64,000 bases of DNA. It comes from Haliotis rubra (Eukaryota). The DNA lies in contig NW_025765789.1 in the NCBI RefSeq assembly GCF_003918875.1, positions 1 through 64,000 on the forward strand. The letters are read 5' to 3'. A program made the position numbers and the translations under genes. Position 1 is the first letter of the stretch; every line of letters begins with the position of its first letter. The notes beneath the pieces were generated by a model that did not search any database, had not been told where the DNA came from, and saw only the letters and a program-made list of their open reading frames with translations. Below are positions 1 to 32,946 of the stretch, piece after piece.

Positions 1-566
1 ACCGCCGCAAATCCCCTATTAGAACCAGATGACCTGGTCTGGTTCAAGGGCAGTTTTGACAAGGCTGGACTAACATTCAGGAACACTTGCCACATGATTT
101 TGGTCGCTACAATTTTGGGAAGAAAACCCATTCCAGCTGCGTTATATACTCATCATCGTAATTTATGTGATCGTTTAACAACCATTTCATTACCTAGCTC
201 TTCCCGGAACATTCCTGCATCATCGATTTATGTGTTAAAGAAAGTTTTGTTCACTAAATTTCAAAGAAATAACAGATGTGTTACAAAATATAGTTTTGTT
301 TCGTTTTCACGATGTTCCTGCCAATGTTCCATTATGGGAAACATACCTGTATCTCTGGAACCGTTCAAGATATCAGTATGAAATTTTTGATTCTTCTTCG
401 TTACACCATTATGAGACTCTCCTGTAAATATGAAGTGTTTTCTGGCAATGGGATCTAGTACCGGTATGATAAAGGTTAAAAAGAAACATAACTTGTAACT
501 GCACAGTGTAAGGTTACAATCAAGCAGCTTAATACCACAACGACACTATATAACGGGGGTTTGAAT

Positions 567-722
567 NNNNNNNNNNNNNNNNNNNNNNNNNNNNNNNNNN
601 NNNNNNNNNNNNNNNNNNNNNNNNNNNNNNNNNNNNNNNNNNNNNNNNNNNNNNNNNNNNNNNNNNNNNNNNNNNNNNNNNNNNNNNNNNNNNNNNNNNN
701 NNNNNNNNNNNNNNNNNNNNNN
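567..722. other. Assembly gap (N run)
   Basis: Run of N characters. Confidence 0.99.
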
Positions 723-2047
723 GAAAGTGTCATGTCATTGTGGTTGATTCTAGAAAATAGACCTGGAAACTGTCAGGTGTTCAGAAGTAAGTATCTAAGC
801 CGTACTTTACAAGTACAAGATAAGGCACGAGTCAGGCCGAAACAATCATAATATTGGCCTTGGAATGTTGTACCCTGGGGGTGGGGTCTGACCTTGACCT
901 TCAGCCACACCGGCGACGACTTTGCCGCCAGGTGAACATATCTAGGCATTCCCCTCGAACACGATGAAGGGACACCTGCTTTAGTGGCGTTAACCTTCGC
1001 CTCCTCCGCCTGGATGTGTGAGTGAGTTAGAGAGATGTGAGTGAGTGATAGTGGAAAAGCAAAGGGGCAGGTAAGGGAAGAATACTACCTCGTCTGGATA
1101 TGACATGTCTGAGTGTGTGTTGTAAACTTCAGACGACATTTTGGCCGATTTGAATAACTGACTATGTACAACAGCAATTGTTCCAACGATGTAACTTTTG
1201 CAGTTTGTCGAGAGGACAACTGCAATTGTTCCAACGATCAAGACTGAGGCTAGGTTTTGCAGACTTTGTCTTTATCGTGACAGGGGGCGGATGACAACAC
1301 CAAGGTGTTACACAAAAATCACATAATTAAACTTTCATTAGTTTTATATTATATATATATATTATTATTGACACATTTATTAGAAGGTATTTCTGTTCCA
1401 ACATAATTTGTTGATAATTCTTGTGACGCAACGGTGAAGTGCATTTGGAAACCAGTAGGTACAGAAAGTCTGAATGAAATGAACGTTCTGCGTTCATGTT
1501 CGGGCACCAATCCAAACAAACACCCGTACCGCACGCCATGTCGTCCACCATCTCCGCAATGGGATACGTAAGGAAGACAACCGACATACGAAACAAATTT
1601 CTTGCCAAAAGGCTACGGTACAAATATCCAGTATGTTTAAATTCCAAAAGACATAAATGTTACGCTTCAAACCCGTGAGTGCCACACAAGTCCTGGTTTA
1701 GGGACAGATCTCCTGTACAGCCATGTACTGTTGTCTCTCAACATTGCTGGCACTGTGATCCAGGCGTCTATGGCGCCACAATTATCCAGGAACCTTTGTT
1801 CGTGGGTTCGATTCCCTCAATTTCTAGGTTTGTCATCATCATACCCGTGCACCCCGGCGTGATATTGCTGGAATATAGCTAAACGCGGCATAAAACTAAA
1901 CTCACTCACTTATACTCGTGCGTGTTGGTTTCGCCAGGTTGATAAGGTCCTTGACCTGTTTCATATGTCCTCACAGACGGACATGGGTGATATAACTGTC
2001 CTGATCAAAAAGGGTATTTCCAGCTTACTCTCTCTCTCAATAACATC

Positions 2048-2210
2048 GGGGCGGTGGGTAGCCTAGTGGTTGAAGCGTTTGCTCGTCGCGCCTAAGGCCC
2101 AGGTTCGATTCCCCACATGGGCACACTATGTGAAGCCCTTTTCTGGTGTCCCCCGCCGTGATATTGCTGGAATATTGCTAAAAGGGGCGTAAAACCCAAC
2201 TCACTCACTC
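2048..2210 (+). mobile_element. tRNA-derived SINE, family 1 (representative copy)
   Basis: Head with A-box (TAGCCTAGTGG) and B-box (GGTTCGATTCC), body ...GAAGCCCATTTCTGGTGTCCCCCGCCGTGATATTGCTGGAATATTGCTAAAAG..., and an (ACTC)n tail. Related full or partial copies at about 1800-1910, 2600-2726, 6706-6840, 12305-12460(-), 17321-17480(-), 26202-26325(-), 37513-37690, 37818-37990(-), 38318-38470(-), 49482-49652, 52830-52926 and 62995-63153. Confidence 0.85.
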
Positions 2211-3689
2211 AATAACATCGCCTAATTACATATGACGAAATTAGAATTTCTGGAGTCCTTCTTGTAGTTATGCCATCGTTATCTATTTACTCAACCCTGA
2301 CAAGGCCCAAGCAGGCCCTTGCTATGTTCGTCCCTGTCAATCAGGTGATTTGCAAAATTTTGGAATGAAAGGGAAAAATAAGTCTGCTGTTTGGAAACCA
2401 AAATCGAATACAGGTTCAATACAAGTCGAGGTACTAATCTAGTTGACCATCTAGGTACATACAACCGTTGATCAAACGCCAAATAACTATGGAAGTATGG
2501 AATTTGAAAGATATTCATTACTTTGGACTGAACCGATGTTATTCTCATTTTGATACGAGTTACTGACAGGTAAACAGTGTGGAGGTCGCGCGGGCTATTT
2601 CATGCCTGCCAAAGTCTCGGGTTCGATTTCCGACATGGGTGCAATGTGAAGCCCATTTCTGGTGTCCCCCCACCGTGATATTGCTGGAATATTGCAAAAA
2701 GCGGCGTAAAACCATAGACACTCACTCTTCCCTACCTGACAATTTCAAACATTACCTAGGTGTTGTACCAGGCAGCATTTAATACAGGCATGGTATTTTT
2801 TCTTGAGTTTTAACTGATTGAATTAACTGTTCACTTCTTCTTGCATAAGACTGTAATGCATCGTTTAGTGTTAATGTTATGTACATCATGAAATTTGCAA
2901 TGGGTGGTCGTTTTCTATCCGTCGGTATCTCTGCCTATATGCACTGGTAATTTCCACCTTTGTGACCTTAACCTTTAGCAAATGTCAATTCCCAGCAATC
3001 CTAGACGAGATGTATAGAAAGGAAATAGGTTCACCATCTTTGTGAGGGCTGTAGACCAAGGTCAGATCTTATCAGGGGTTATGTTGTCCCAAGAGCAGGA
3101 CTGAAATAACGTATTATCTGGCCAGCCAGACAAGATCAACTAAAATCATGCGAGGTCAAACATTTCACATCATGGTTTTAATTCTAATTATATGTTCTCT
3201 GTCACAAAGCGATACCCTGGATTGTCAACATTCTGTTCTTGAATCTGGTGGTTGCTGGTGGTTGCTGGTGGCTGCTGGTTGTTGTCAAATTTGAAATCTA
3301 TTCAGCAGCTTGTGTGGGAGTGGCAAATCCCGGACGTGCATACTTATCAGATACATTGTTTGGATGTCAACTACTTTCGTATAAGAAACACAAGGTTTCG
3401 GACTAAATTCTTTCTCCTTCATCAGCTGAATGGATGATACAAAATAGAGACAAACTTTATGGATAACAACTTCTTTAGAAGTGAATGGATGATAGGGTAC
3501 AAAAAGAGCTTCTATATGTATATGTGAGAAAACACAAGTAACAAGATGACAAAGTTTGACCCAATTGTTAATTAATGCTGTATCATAATAACAATATACA
3601 AATGGAAGCCACAAGTAAATTATTCTGATCGGTCATAAGCACTGTTTGGTAATGGAATTAATAGATTTGGTTTGGTTGGTTGGGTTTTG

Positions 3690-3897
3690 GTTTAACGCCG
3701 CACTCAGCAATATTCCATCTATATGGCGGTGGTCTGTAATAATCGAGTCTGGACCAAACAATCAAGTGAACAACAGCATGAGCACCGATCTAATTGGGAC
3801 ACGATGACATGTGTCAACCAAGTCAGAGAGCCCTATCCCGTTAGTCGCCTCTTACGACAAGCATGGGTTGCTGAAGACCAATTCATACCCGGATCTT
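3690..3897 (-). mobile_element. Interspersed SINE-like repeat, family 2 (representative copy)
   Basis: About 220-bp element containing GTCGTAAGAGGCGACTAACGGGAT...ATTTACAGACCGCCGCCATATAGCTGGAATATTGCTGAGTGCGGCGT. It shares its 3' end with family 1. Other copies at about 19230-19461(-), 20517-20748(-), 22345-22437(-), 35692-35915(+), 48315-48528(+) and 54700-54872(+). Confidence 0.8.
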
Positions 3898-4851
3898 GGT
3901 GCTTGTGACAATGGCCCGCAGATGGGTGTTGAAAGCCTTGCCGCTGGAAAAGGTGACATCTGTGCTGGCTTTGTTCTCAGTGATGGCTGACAGGTAGCGT
4001 ATGGTGATACTGATAGGCGATGGGGTATGTTTCGGTCATGGCTCGGAGTTCTGTCTCTTCAAAAGACCAGTACATGTGCTACAACTGTCAATACGCTCAG
4101 AGACATGTAAAGCCACTTGCCATCCTGATCCAGCAGTGGATTGAACCATCTGGATGAACAAGCTTCCCCTGTAGACCAATATCGAGTATCTCTATCAACA
4201 CACTATTAATGACATATATTGTGACAGCCACAGGTACACTACTCTCATTGTGCTAATATCAGCTTAGCTTATCCTCCAGCATACACAAACCGGATGAGAG
4301 TGCGACGGGAGCATTAACTTCATATTGACCACGACGAGGCTTTGCTGACTGCAGATTTATGTAACACCCGGTGTTCATGGTAGGTCGTGAACCCAGGTAC
4401 ATATTTTAGTCTGTGACAACAATGACTCGGTTTGTTCTACTGACAGTCTTTGGCGTTGATGAGGGATGTTAGGATGAACTGTTGACGTTGTTTTGTTTTT
4501 GTTTATTTTCATGACATCCGGAGAGGGTGATATCACGAGCAGGGCGGTTACAAAACCAACAGTGAACCAGTTATCAAATATATTCGAGCTTCATTTTGTT
4601 AAAAACATTGGATAAATCTTCTAAAAAAAGTTTATGATTTAAACGATTTTCAAGGAACTGTTAGCAACAGGGGTGGGTTCGAGTCCCGGACTCAACCCAA
4701 CAAGGTACTAGAATTTGTACATATGTTAGATTTGACCACTTTCTAAATGGCATTGTGTAATGTTAGCAAGAGTTTTCAAGAAGTTTCCAAACGACTTCAA
4801 CTCTGCAGTTATTACGGTTTAAGAAACTGTTTGGAAATAACAAATTATATA

Positions 4852-6362
4852 TACTAGCCACATAAAGAAACTGTGCATTGTCAAAATATTATCCCAGTTG
4901 ATAAGTACGATAACAATGTCAAAGGTACATATAAACTTTAATGGAGGGATCCTGAGACCATAACAAGTCGGGAGAATTTCAATTGAAAAGTCAATCACAA
5001 TGACGTCACGAGTCCACAAGCGGGACAGGGGTCAAACGACCATGTCACAAGCTCAATAACGGGTATGTCCACCATCGGCATTGAGAAGAGCAGTGCATCG
5101 ACGACGCATAGAACCTATCAAACGTGCAATGAAGGCTTGTGGGATGTCACGCCAGATTCTCTCAAGTTCTGTTGGAAGGTCAAGGACGTTATCTGGCGGA
5201 TGAGGAAGACGGCATAGACGTCGATCCATCTCGTCCCAAACATGCTCTATCGGGGAGAGATCCGGTGAATTTGCAGGCCCAGGCAGTAAGTCAACGTTGT
5301 GGTGTTGCAAGAAATCCATAGCAACCCTTGCCGTATGAGGGCGGGCATTGTCCTGTTGGAATGTTAACCCAGGGCCATGACGTTGCAGAAAAGGAATTGC
5401 CACAGGTCGAAGAATCTGATCCCTGTAGCCCACACCAGTTAAGTTGCCCTGAACAATCACCAAAGGAGTTCTTTGGCGTGCTGTTATTCCACCCCAAATC
5501 ATCACGGAACCACCACCAAAGCGATTCCTCTCCAAGACACAGGCCTGTGCATAACGTTCTCCCACGCGTCTATAGGCACGTTGACGTCCATCACTATGGG
5601 AAATGTTAAACCTGGACTCATCTGTAAAACAACATTTCTCCACCAAAACAAGGGTCTGCGGACATGATTTCGGCACCACATTCGGCGAGCTTGTCGATGA
5701 CGTTGTGTCAGGATAGGCCGTATGGCGGGACGTCGTGGTCTGATCCCGTGATGACGTAAACGTTGTCGAACTGTGTTGGGGTGGATACGGCGAATTCCTG
5801 GGATGGTTCGGGCAGTCATCACTGCAGTCTGAAACCTGTGGCAAAGATGGGTCACCCTTATCCATATATCCTGTCTTGGCGTTGTTACACGTGGACGTCC
5901 AGAACGTGGCCGATCGATGACGTCATTTGTGTTCTGGTAGCGTCTCACCAGTGCAGAAATGGTGTTCCGGTGGCAGTGGAAATGTGCAGCCACTTGTCGT
6001 TGAGACATTCCCCCACGGACCATCCCAATGGCCTCATGACGTTGTGCAGACGTGTGCCCTGGCATGCTATGCGTTTCAATAGCCGTTTAATTGTTTGAAC
6101 GATCGCAAGGGCAGGGGTTGAGCTTTCCAAAGTGACAGTATTGTGTGGCATTCATTTGCTCTGTTTCTCTTTCCCGGAATGCACGTGCAACAACGTATTG
6201 CACGTCTCAAGGACGAACCCACTGACGTCACGGAACGAGGCACGTGCATGCATGTTGGATACATGTCACTAATCTCTGAGTTTAAATCCTTATGTGTCTA
6301 CACAGGTTTGATTAATTTAGATTTTAAATGTTTTTATGCACAGTTTCTTTATGTGCCTAGTA
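4852..6362 (-). mobile_element. Tc1-family (DD34E) DNA transposon, full length, transposase with one frameshift
   Basis: About 27-bp TIRs (TACTAG[C/G]CACATAAAGAAACTGTGCAT) at 4852 and 6362 with TA on both sides. The transposase (6065-5053) is split over two ORFs: HTH plus GRPR motif in 5502-6065, then FTDESRF...QQDNARPH-(34 aa)-SPDLSPIEHVW in 5053-5865. Confidence 0.95.
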
Positions 6363-6944
6363 TATTTACCGCCACTTTGAACAGTACATGGATATCACGG
6401 GGTGGTAGTGTAAATAGTATATTACCGTTTCCGTGGATATAAACCTGGTATACAGTCTTAATGTATCCTCTACATCCGTCATAGGTGAATGCAGGTCCAT
6501 TATATAACATCCAGTGTGTGGATAATGTAATCTGAATGAAATGATTAAAAATTATCATCAACCTTCACCGGCATATTTAGTTCCATGGATAACAGTCGCC
6601 ATGTGGATACATTCTCAGTATGCAATGAATATGTGTATATATTTTTCACCAGTGCATGTTGCTCGTTTTAGTATACTCTGAAATACAACTTCAAAGAAAT
6701 GAGAGGGGCGGTGGGGTAGCCTAGTGGTTCCCTGGCCACGCTGAAGATCCGGGTGCGATTCTCCACTTGGGTACAAAGTGTAAAGTCCATTTCTAGTGCA
6801 TCGTGCCATGAGCCATTATTTGAATTTTTTTAACTCACTCAATTATTATACAAGTATGACTGTCATTCACTCACTCACTCCACTCTGCGTACACGTCAGC
6901 AGATGATCCTAAACCTTTACCTACACAATGTCCTCGTCCTTCAG

Positions 6945-8499
6945 ATGCTGCTGTATGAGGAGACCAAGAAGGACATATACAAGAAGGACATCGAGGACAC
7001 GTTCACGATGTGGCTTCCCGGTGGAGATGTCCCAAGTGCATGGCGTTCAGACTACAGTGGGGAGCGCTAAGATATGCTTGTTTGTAACATCATGTTTGTA
7101 TGATCTGTGTTGCACAGATAGCGATCAGTTAAAGGACATAATATCTATCTCGCGCAGCGGGGCAGTTACAAATGGTTTATCGTTTCACAAATGCGTTTAT
7201 TTAAGTGAAACCTAGATTTACAGTCGTATGGCAGAAGGTTTGAATAAACGTGGATATATTCGGTGTGGTATATCAATACACTAATTCCGTTTAAAGAGCC
7301 TCACCATTCAGTCACTCATGTCACTTCCAGCCAACACGGCTTTCATCGCCCTCGTCGCCGCGGACAACGGCCTCCACACAGAGGAATACCGGAAGTGGGC
7401 GATGTCGCAGTTGCATTACGCCTACGGAGACACCGGAAGCGGCTATATTGTCGGATTCGGTGTCAACCCTCCCGTGAAGCCACATCACCGAGCGAGGTTT
7501 GTACATTCTCAGTGTTCATTGTATATATGTATACTTGTTCTCGTGACTGTATGTCTGAAACATGATTGTATGGTTTGGGAATTCAACAAAATTCCACATT
7601 AATCACAAACTTCATCATCACGTATGAAAATGTTGTCGTATAACAATATTGTTCACCTGGCTGGTCACTTCTTGAAAATGAAATTTTCTAGGAATATTTT
7701 GACATTTTTATTATGATATGGACGTGTCTATCTGCTACATGCAAGTTTTCCATGCTTCCTTCAACCAGTTCCTGTCCGATGCTTCCGGCGCCATGTGGAT
7801 GGGACGCCCAGCTAAACAAAGGCCCTAACCCACACACCCTGTACGGCGCCATGGTGGGCGGCCCAGGTCAGGGCGACGACTACACCGACAGCAGAATGGA
7901 CTACGTGAAGAACGAGGTGGCGTGCGACTACAACGCCGGCATGCACGCATCGACGGCAGGTGTGTTGATAATAAAGCAATTTTGAAGCATGTATAAAACG
8001 GCAAAGCTGACCGTATAATAAATCGAAAGATGCCATCTAGCGGTCAGTTTCAGAGCAAACAAAATAGCCAGCAAAACACACATACCCGGAAATCATGTTA
8101 AGCAACGCCTTTTCTGATTTTTCATATATCCCGAACTGCATAAATCTATCGAAATATCTTCATAATATGGTATTGCTGTAACGTTGATAAATATCCAAGA
8201 ATCTACGTGACGCCTTTGTACAAAACCCAGACCAGTGATCCATTTAATTCATTTCAAATAATTTGCCTTTTACTCCCAATGGAATCGCTATTCTCTGACA
8301 TTACATTATAACATTGCCAGATTACATCGATCGATAGATAATAATTAAACCTCCATACGGAATTTTATCTTCATAAATTCACATGATCTTTAAAGCTGCG
8401 TTCCATGTGTAAGAATATTACCATGTTCCTGTTTCAGCGCTGGAACACCTGGCTCTCACACATGAGCTTCCAGCAACATACAAGGACATCTGCCCTTAG
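6945..8499 (+). pseudogene. Gene A: 3' four exons of a GH9 endo-1,4-beta-glucanase, frameshifted, 5' exons not in window
   Basis: Exons 6945-7079, 7331-7496, 7769-7959 and 8438-8499 are homologous to exons 11-14 of gene D, the last three with identical lengths ([33 protein letters not shown]...ICP*). AATAAA at 8530. The first exon is 135 nt versus 145 nt in gene B: a 10-nt deletion at about 7030 shifts the frame into a TAA at 7068. Confidence 0.8.
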
Positions 8500-8783
8500 A
8501 CAGCCTATCCTGCTGCAAATATTGGCAGTAATAAAGTCAACACGGCATCCATTATTGAAGATCCTGGTCTTTTGTTATGATTTGTAAAGACATAAGACAC
8601 GCCATTTCAGAGAAATGCTCTGGTTTACAAATCGACAGTTTACAATATAGTATATATTCTTATATTTACATATGTAAATTAGGTCATCATCGTCACTATG
8701 CATCGTCAGCCAATCATTATCTCATTCCAACAGACTTACACAGTCAGACAGTCAGACATTTTTCTGTCTTATGTTTATTACTA

Positions 8784-10281
8784 TACTCAGCAGCAAAAAA
8801 AACCAGTACGAATTCAAAATTAGATAGGCACTGTAATCAAATCATTACAGAAATGGACATAATAAGCGGATCAAAAACTGTTTTTGTGTACATCATCTTG
8901 ACACATCAATGAATATCTCAGCTCAATTTCAAGACATTACGTGAACGTTTGCAGTCCATTCAGACCCTTGACTTCAGTATCTAGTGTGACCACCAAGAGC
9001 GGCAATAACTGCAGCACAGCGTCTATGCATGGAGTGCACCAATCGATTGATGAAGGCCATTGGCACCTTGAACCACACTCTGAGAAAGGCCTGGCGCAAT
9101 AAATCGGCTGTGTTCGGCCTTGGTATGACATTATTCTCCTCTGAATTTCATCCCAAAGATATTCAGTTGGGTTTAAATCAGGACTAAGGGCTGGTCACTG
9201 CACAATGTTGACACCGTTCTGCTGTAGGAAGTCTCGTGTAGCTTTGGTAGTATGGGCCTGGGCGCTATCATGCTGGAAAATGTTGTTCCGGTGACGTGCG
9301 AAATGTGGTATGACGTGGGGCCTGAGAGCTTGGTCGATGTAGCGCACCGCTGTGATGCCGCCTCCTCTCCCTGGACTAAAGTTCTGGAACACCACATGAC
9401 CCACTCTCTGGTTCAGGCCTATTCCACCCCATACCCTGATGCTTGCACTTCCCCATGAGTATCCACAACACATTGGTCTGAGTAACGCTGGCCACGTTGT
9501 CGCCATATGCTTGTTCTGCCATCTGCAGTTGATACGCAGTACCGACTCTCATCTGTGAACAGAACAGTTCTCAATTGCCTGCATCGCCAGTTTTAGTGTT
9601 GTAGGGCAAACTGTAGACGTTCACGCCGATGACGAGGGTTGAGGATAGGTCCACGGAGGTTCCCGCTGTTAAGACGTCGGCGTACTGTACCAGTACTGAT
9701 TGGTCTTCCGTGTGTTCCCACTGTCTGGCGTGCTGTTTCGGATGCCTGCATGAAAGGATTATGTACATGTTGTCGCACAACATGGCGGTCTTGTTGTCTT
9801 GTTTCACCCTTGTTCTGCCAGTACTGGGGCGATCATTTGTGGTGTTGGTGGCCCGGAAACGTTGCTGCAGCCTGGAGATGGTACGAAAGTGATTGGCAAC
9901 GGCTTGTGCAGTGTGGCCAGCTTCAAGTCTTCTTAGCGTCTGGTTCCTCTGAGCTGTCGTGAGTCGCGGCATCCTGCTTGGACGTTGTAATGGGAATGTT
10001 TCAACCAGGTTTGGGGTGCATTTTATAGGGCTGGTCCTTGTGAACAGCACGTGCAGCATGAGTTGCATGAAAAACAAGGAGAACACCGTACCCTCTCCGA
10101 GATCAGGTTGCGTTTTTGAGACCATTTCCTTGGTTCCATTCTGAGTTTGGGAAGGAATGTCTTTGCTCAGGTAAAGTTGGAGATGTTGTCAAAATTATAG
10201 AATCAAAACATTAAATGAGTTTACAGTTATCCGTTTCTGCGAAGGAACATTCCAAACTGACGTTTCTTTTGCTGCTTAGTA
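8784..10281 (-). mobile_element. Degenerate Tc1-family transposon
   Basis: TIRs TACTCAGCAGCAAAA at 8784 and TTTTGCTGCTTAGTA at 10281, flanked by TA. Fragmented transposase: MPRLTTAQRNQ...HTH, VWGGIG, IFQHDSAQAHT, SPDLNPTEYLW. Confidence 0.9.
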
Positions 10282-10830
10282 TATATTCTCATAGGCATTG
10301 TCTGTATGTTTAACCTAATGGTTGTCCGAGGCATCCTTGTACTAGTACCATATCCTAGTACCATTCCCTGCTGGTGAACAGAGGCACGTTTGAACTAAGT
10401 CCCTTGCCACAAAAGACTCTGCCGCCTGTGTACTGTACGTCTGAGGATATTCTATGTACTGTACACCCCGGAAGTGACAACACCCTAAAAACCTGTAAAC
10501 GTTGTGTCTATAGGCTGAAAAACAACCCGGTTGCTTGAGGATACGATCACAGCACACTGTTCTGCCTTAAGAACGCTTGCCTTCCCTACACACAGCACCA
10601 GAGGGATGTTTTATATTGCTTCAGTGTTATTTCAATGACTGTGTCAGAAAGCAGACAACTACGACTCCGTCAAAGACTATACGCCTGCAAGTCTGGCTCC
10701 GTATAAGAAAGTAGGCACATTGACAGTATAAGAGGATTGTTATCTAAAGTGTCAAAAAGAGACGACTCGGATTAGAAGTGTACAAGTGTATAGTATTTAT
10801 TCCATGATAATGTAAACAAGTATGTTGAGT

Positions 10831-23789
<12,959 letters not shown>

Positions 23790-23880
23790 CTGTGTATAAC
23801 AAAACAATTCATCCAGTCCTTCAAGCTGCTATTTGATTATGTGGACATATGTCAGCTGTAATTTGAGTCCTTTAACTTTC

Positions 23881-23991
23881 TGGGCCTAGATTTTCGAAGC
23901 TCTCTTAGCGCTGAAATAGTCGTAAGTGCCATACCTTAACATTAACTTACGACTATCTAAGCGCTAAGAGAGCTTCGAAGTCTGGGCCTAG
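23881..23991. repeat. Inverted-repeat (hairpin) MITE-like element
   Basis: Arms TTCGAAGCTCTCTTAGCGCT...ATAGTCGTAAGT and ACTTACGACTAT...AGCGCTAAGAGAGCTTCGAA. Confidence 0.7.
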
Positions 23992-25784
23992 GTCTATAGG
24001 CCCAAATCGTGATTTTTCACCAAACATGTTTGGCTAGTGGGTGCGGGACTATCCAAGTTCTGTGGTTGTTTAACGCCATGAATCAGCAGTATTCACTCAC
24101 CCATTTGCACCGTATCCATGGATATTTGTAAAATTGAAGATACTTTCTTGTGAACACGGACAACGTGATCTAATCTCATTTAATATCAATTCACTAATTT
24201 TTCGTTGACATTCAAATGGTTAACCAAGCTAAAACACGTTCATATTGAAGTCTCGTACCAAGTTTGTTTCAGTAGGAGTAATACACGTGTATTGAACTGG
24301 CCTGAATATAGAAATAATAAGCCGTTTAAATCATTTTGTCAAAAAAGGTGCAAAATGGCCGATTTGTTTTCAAATTAAAATTGTATTAAATGTAAATTAA
24401 ACAGGGGTATACACCCGCGAAGTATGACCCGAGGCTTACCTTTTGGCGAACCTCTGATAATTGGATTGTAATACATTGATACGTTCAGCACTGCTTTTAC
24501 CAGAGATTTCTTATGAGTAATGAAAAGCTTTTGTCGAATTTCAGATGGTAATGTCAAGAGAGCGTTTTCAGTACGTACCCTGCCAAAGGAGTGTCCTGCA
24601 GAAACTGATGGCAACTCGGGACAAGGTGCTCGTTTCTTATCTTGCTTGTATGTAGCTGTCTGTACAAAGGTTAAATCAAGCCATCTGCATGTAGGTTGCT
24701 GAATAGATAACAAATAATCTAGCAGAATGAGTGAATAGTTGAATGAATAATATATTCTATCGCTTCTATTTCAGTAATTTCACCACTGGGAACATCAGAA
24801 ATTGGGGTTTTATGTTGGGATTTGAACCAGTACCTCCGGCTTGGCGAGCGTACACGTTAACCTCAAGACTAACTAACAGTCCCAATTATATCTACAAAAT
24901 ATTGAAGAATTTACCCACAGAAGACTTTAAATCCAGGTAAATGGGTTAAGTCAGGTTAAACCGTTATATTCAGGGCTGATATTTTGTCTGAAATTGCAGT
25001 ATAAAGTTTCAATGACGTTCACAATGATTGTTGCCATGTTCAGGTTCTCTATTAAAAAGCTACAATCTGACTACAAACGAAGCACGGTTTCCATACAGCA
25101 CACAGAGGTTCTGTCGTCATCCAACATCCAACATCATATCCCAGTATTACTGTGCACGAGGTCAAGTCTACAGAAAGCCAGTCTCGATTTTCCAACGAAA
25201 CATATTCTACTGGGCGTTAAGGGTGACAATTGTATGAAAGGATCACAGAAAATAAGGGATGACGCCATGCGTTAAAGGATCAACATTTCATGAGGCTGTT
25301 TACTTAACAGCTGCCCCACTCAGTACAGCCCTAGGTAGGGGTCAGTCATGACGTCTAATGGGGCTACTCAGTGGCTAGTTTTTGGTTCAACTATGACCAT
25401 TGAGCGCGACATCTATCATTCAGGGCCTTCCTCACAGAGTAATGTCAGATCGGACACCCGCAACTATTTCATTATATTGTATTCAATTTGTAGCCAATAT
25501 AAGCCAACCAACTATCACCGGTTTCGAGTTCCAAAAACGCTTCGTATTTTATTACACGATATTGATTTGGGTACAATTCCTATTGCCATGTCTTCCAGAT
25601 GCCACTATAGCCACTGCATAAACAAACCACGGAACATTTGAAATCAGATCAGTATTCACACATACATTGACACAAGTCTATATTTACATGGGTTGCCAGT
25701 CACCCTTTTAAAACCAACGCCTTGCAATTACCTACTTACAGTTTTATATATGACTGTTATATCTTCGAAGGTAAACCTCTATAC

Positions 25785-31904
<6,120 letters not shown>

Positions 31905-32167
31905 CTGCGAACATGTCAATGACAACGAGTGAGTTGAGTTAGCTGTCTATGTACTATTCAGTATTGTGTTGGGTTGAGACAGGACAATCCCTCGGTTACA
32001 CTTTCTTTATACACAAGGATGCGTTGTTCACAGTTTTATGAGTTTCGAGGACATCCAACTTACACATGATTTGTTACTCTTGAACCTGTATGTACCAGAC
32101 TCTTCTCCCCCAAACAATGCCTGGCCCACACAACACATCCTATTATTCCTTATGGCGATTTCGTTCT

Positions 32168-32946
32168 TACTGTACTTCTCGCTGTAAGCTACTGTACTTC
32201 TCAGCTGTAAGCTACTGTACTTCTCACTGTAAGCTACTGTACTTCTCGCTGTAAGCTACTGTACTTCTCACTGTAAGCTACTGTACTTCTCACTGTAAGC
32301 TACTGTACTTCTCGCTGTAAGCTACTGTACTTCTCACTGTAAGCTACTGTACTTCTCGCTGTAAGCTACTGTACTTCTCGCTGTAAAGCTACTGTACTTC
32401 TCTATGGCTACTGTACTTCTCACTGTAAGCTACTGTACTTCTCACTGTAAGCTACTGTACTTCTCACTGTAAGCTACTGTACTTCTCACTGTAAGCTACT
32501 GTACTTCTCACTGTAAGCTACTGTACTTCTCACTGTAAGCTACTGTACTTCTCACTGTAAGCTACTGTACTTCTCGCTGTAAGCTACTGTACTTCTCGCT
32601 GTAAGCTACTGTACTTCTCACTGTAAGCTACTGTACTTCTCGCTGTAAGCTACTGTACTTCTCGCTGTAAGCTACTGTACTTCTCACTGTAAGCTACTGT
32701 ACTTCTCACTGTAAACTACTGTACTTCTCACTGTAAGCTACTGTACTTCTCACTGTAAGCTACTGTACTTCTCACTGTAAACTACTGTACTTCTCACTGT
32801 AAGCTACTGTACTTCTCACTGTAAGCTACTGTACTTCTCGCTGTAAGCTACTGTACTTCTCACTGTAAGCTACTGTACTTCTCGCTGTAAGCTACTGTAC
32901 TTCTCGCTGTAAGCTACTGTACTTCTAACTGTAAGCTACTGTACTT
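32168..32946. repeat. 22-bp minisatellite (about 35 units)
   Basis: Unit TACTGTACTTCTC[A/G]CTGTAAGC. Confidence 0.96.

Noticed and set aside
1-4800. Missing upstream GH9 exons of gene A or another gene
   Set aside because: No GH9-like or other recognisable coding sequence was found by eye, only SINEs and probable decayed repeats.
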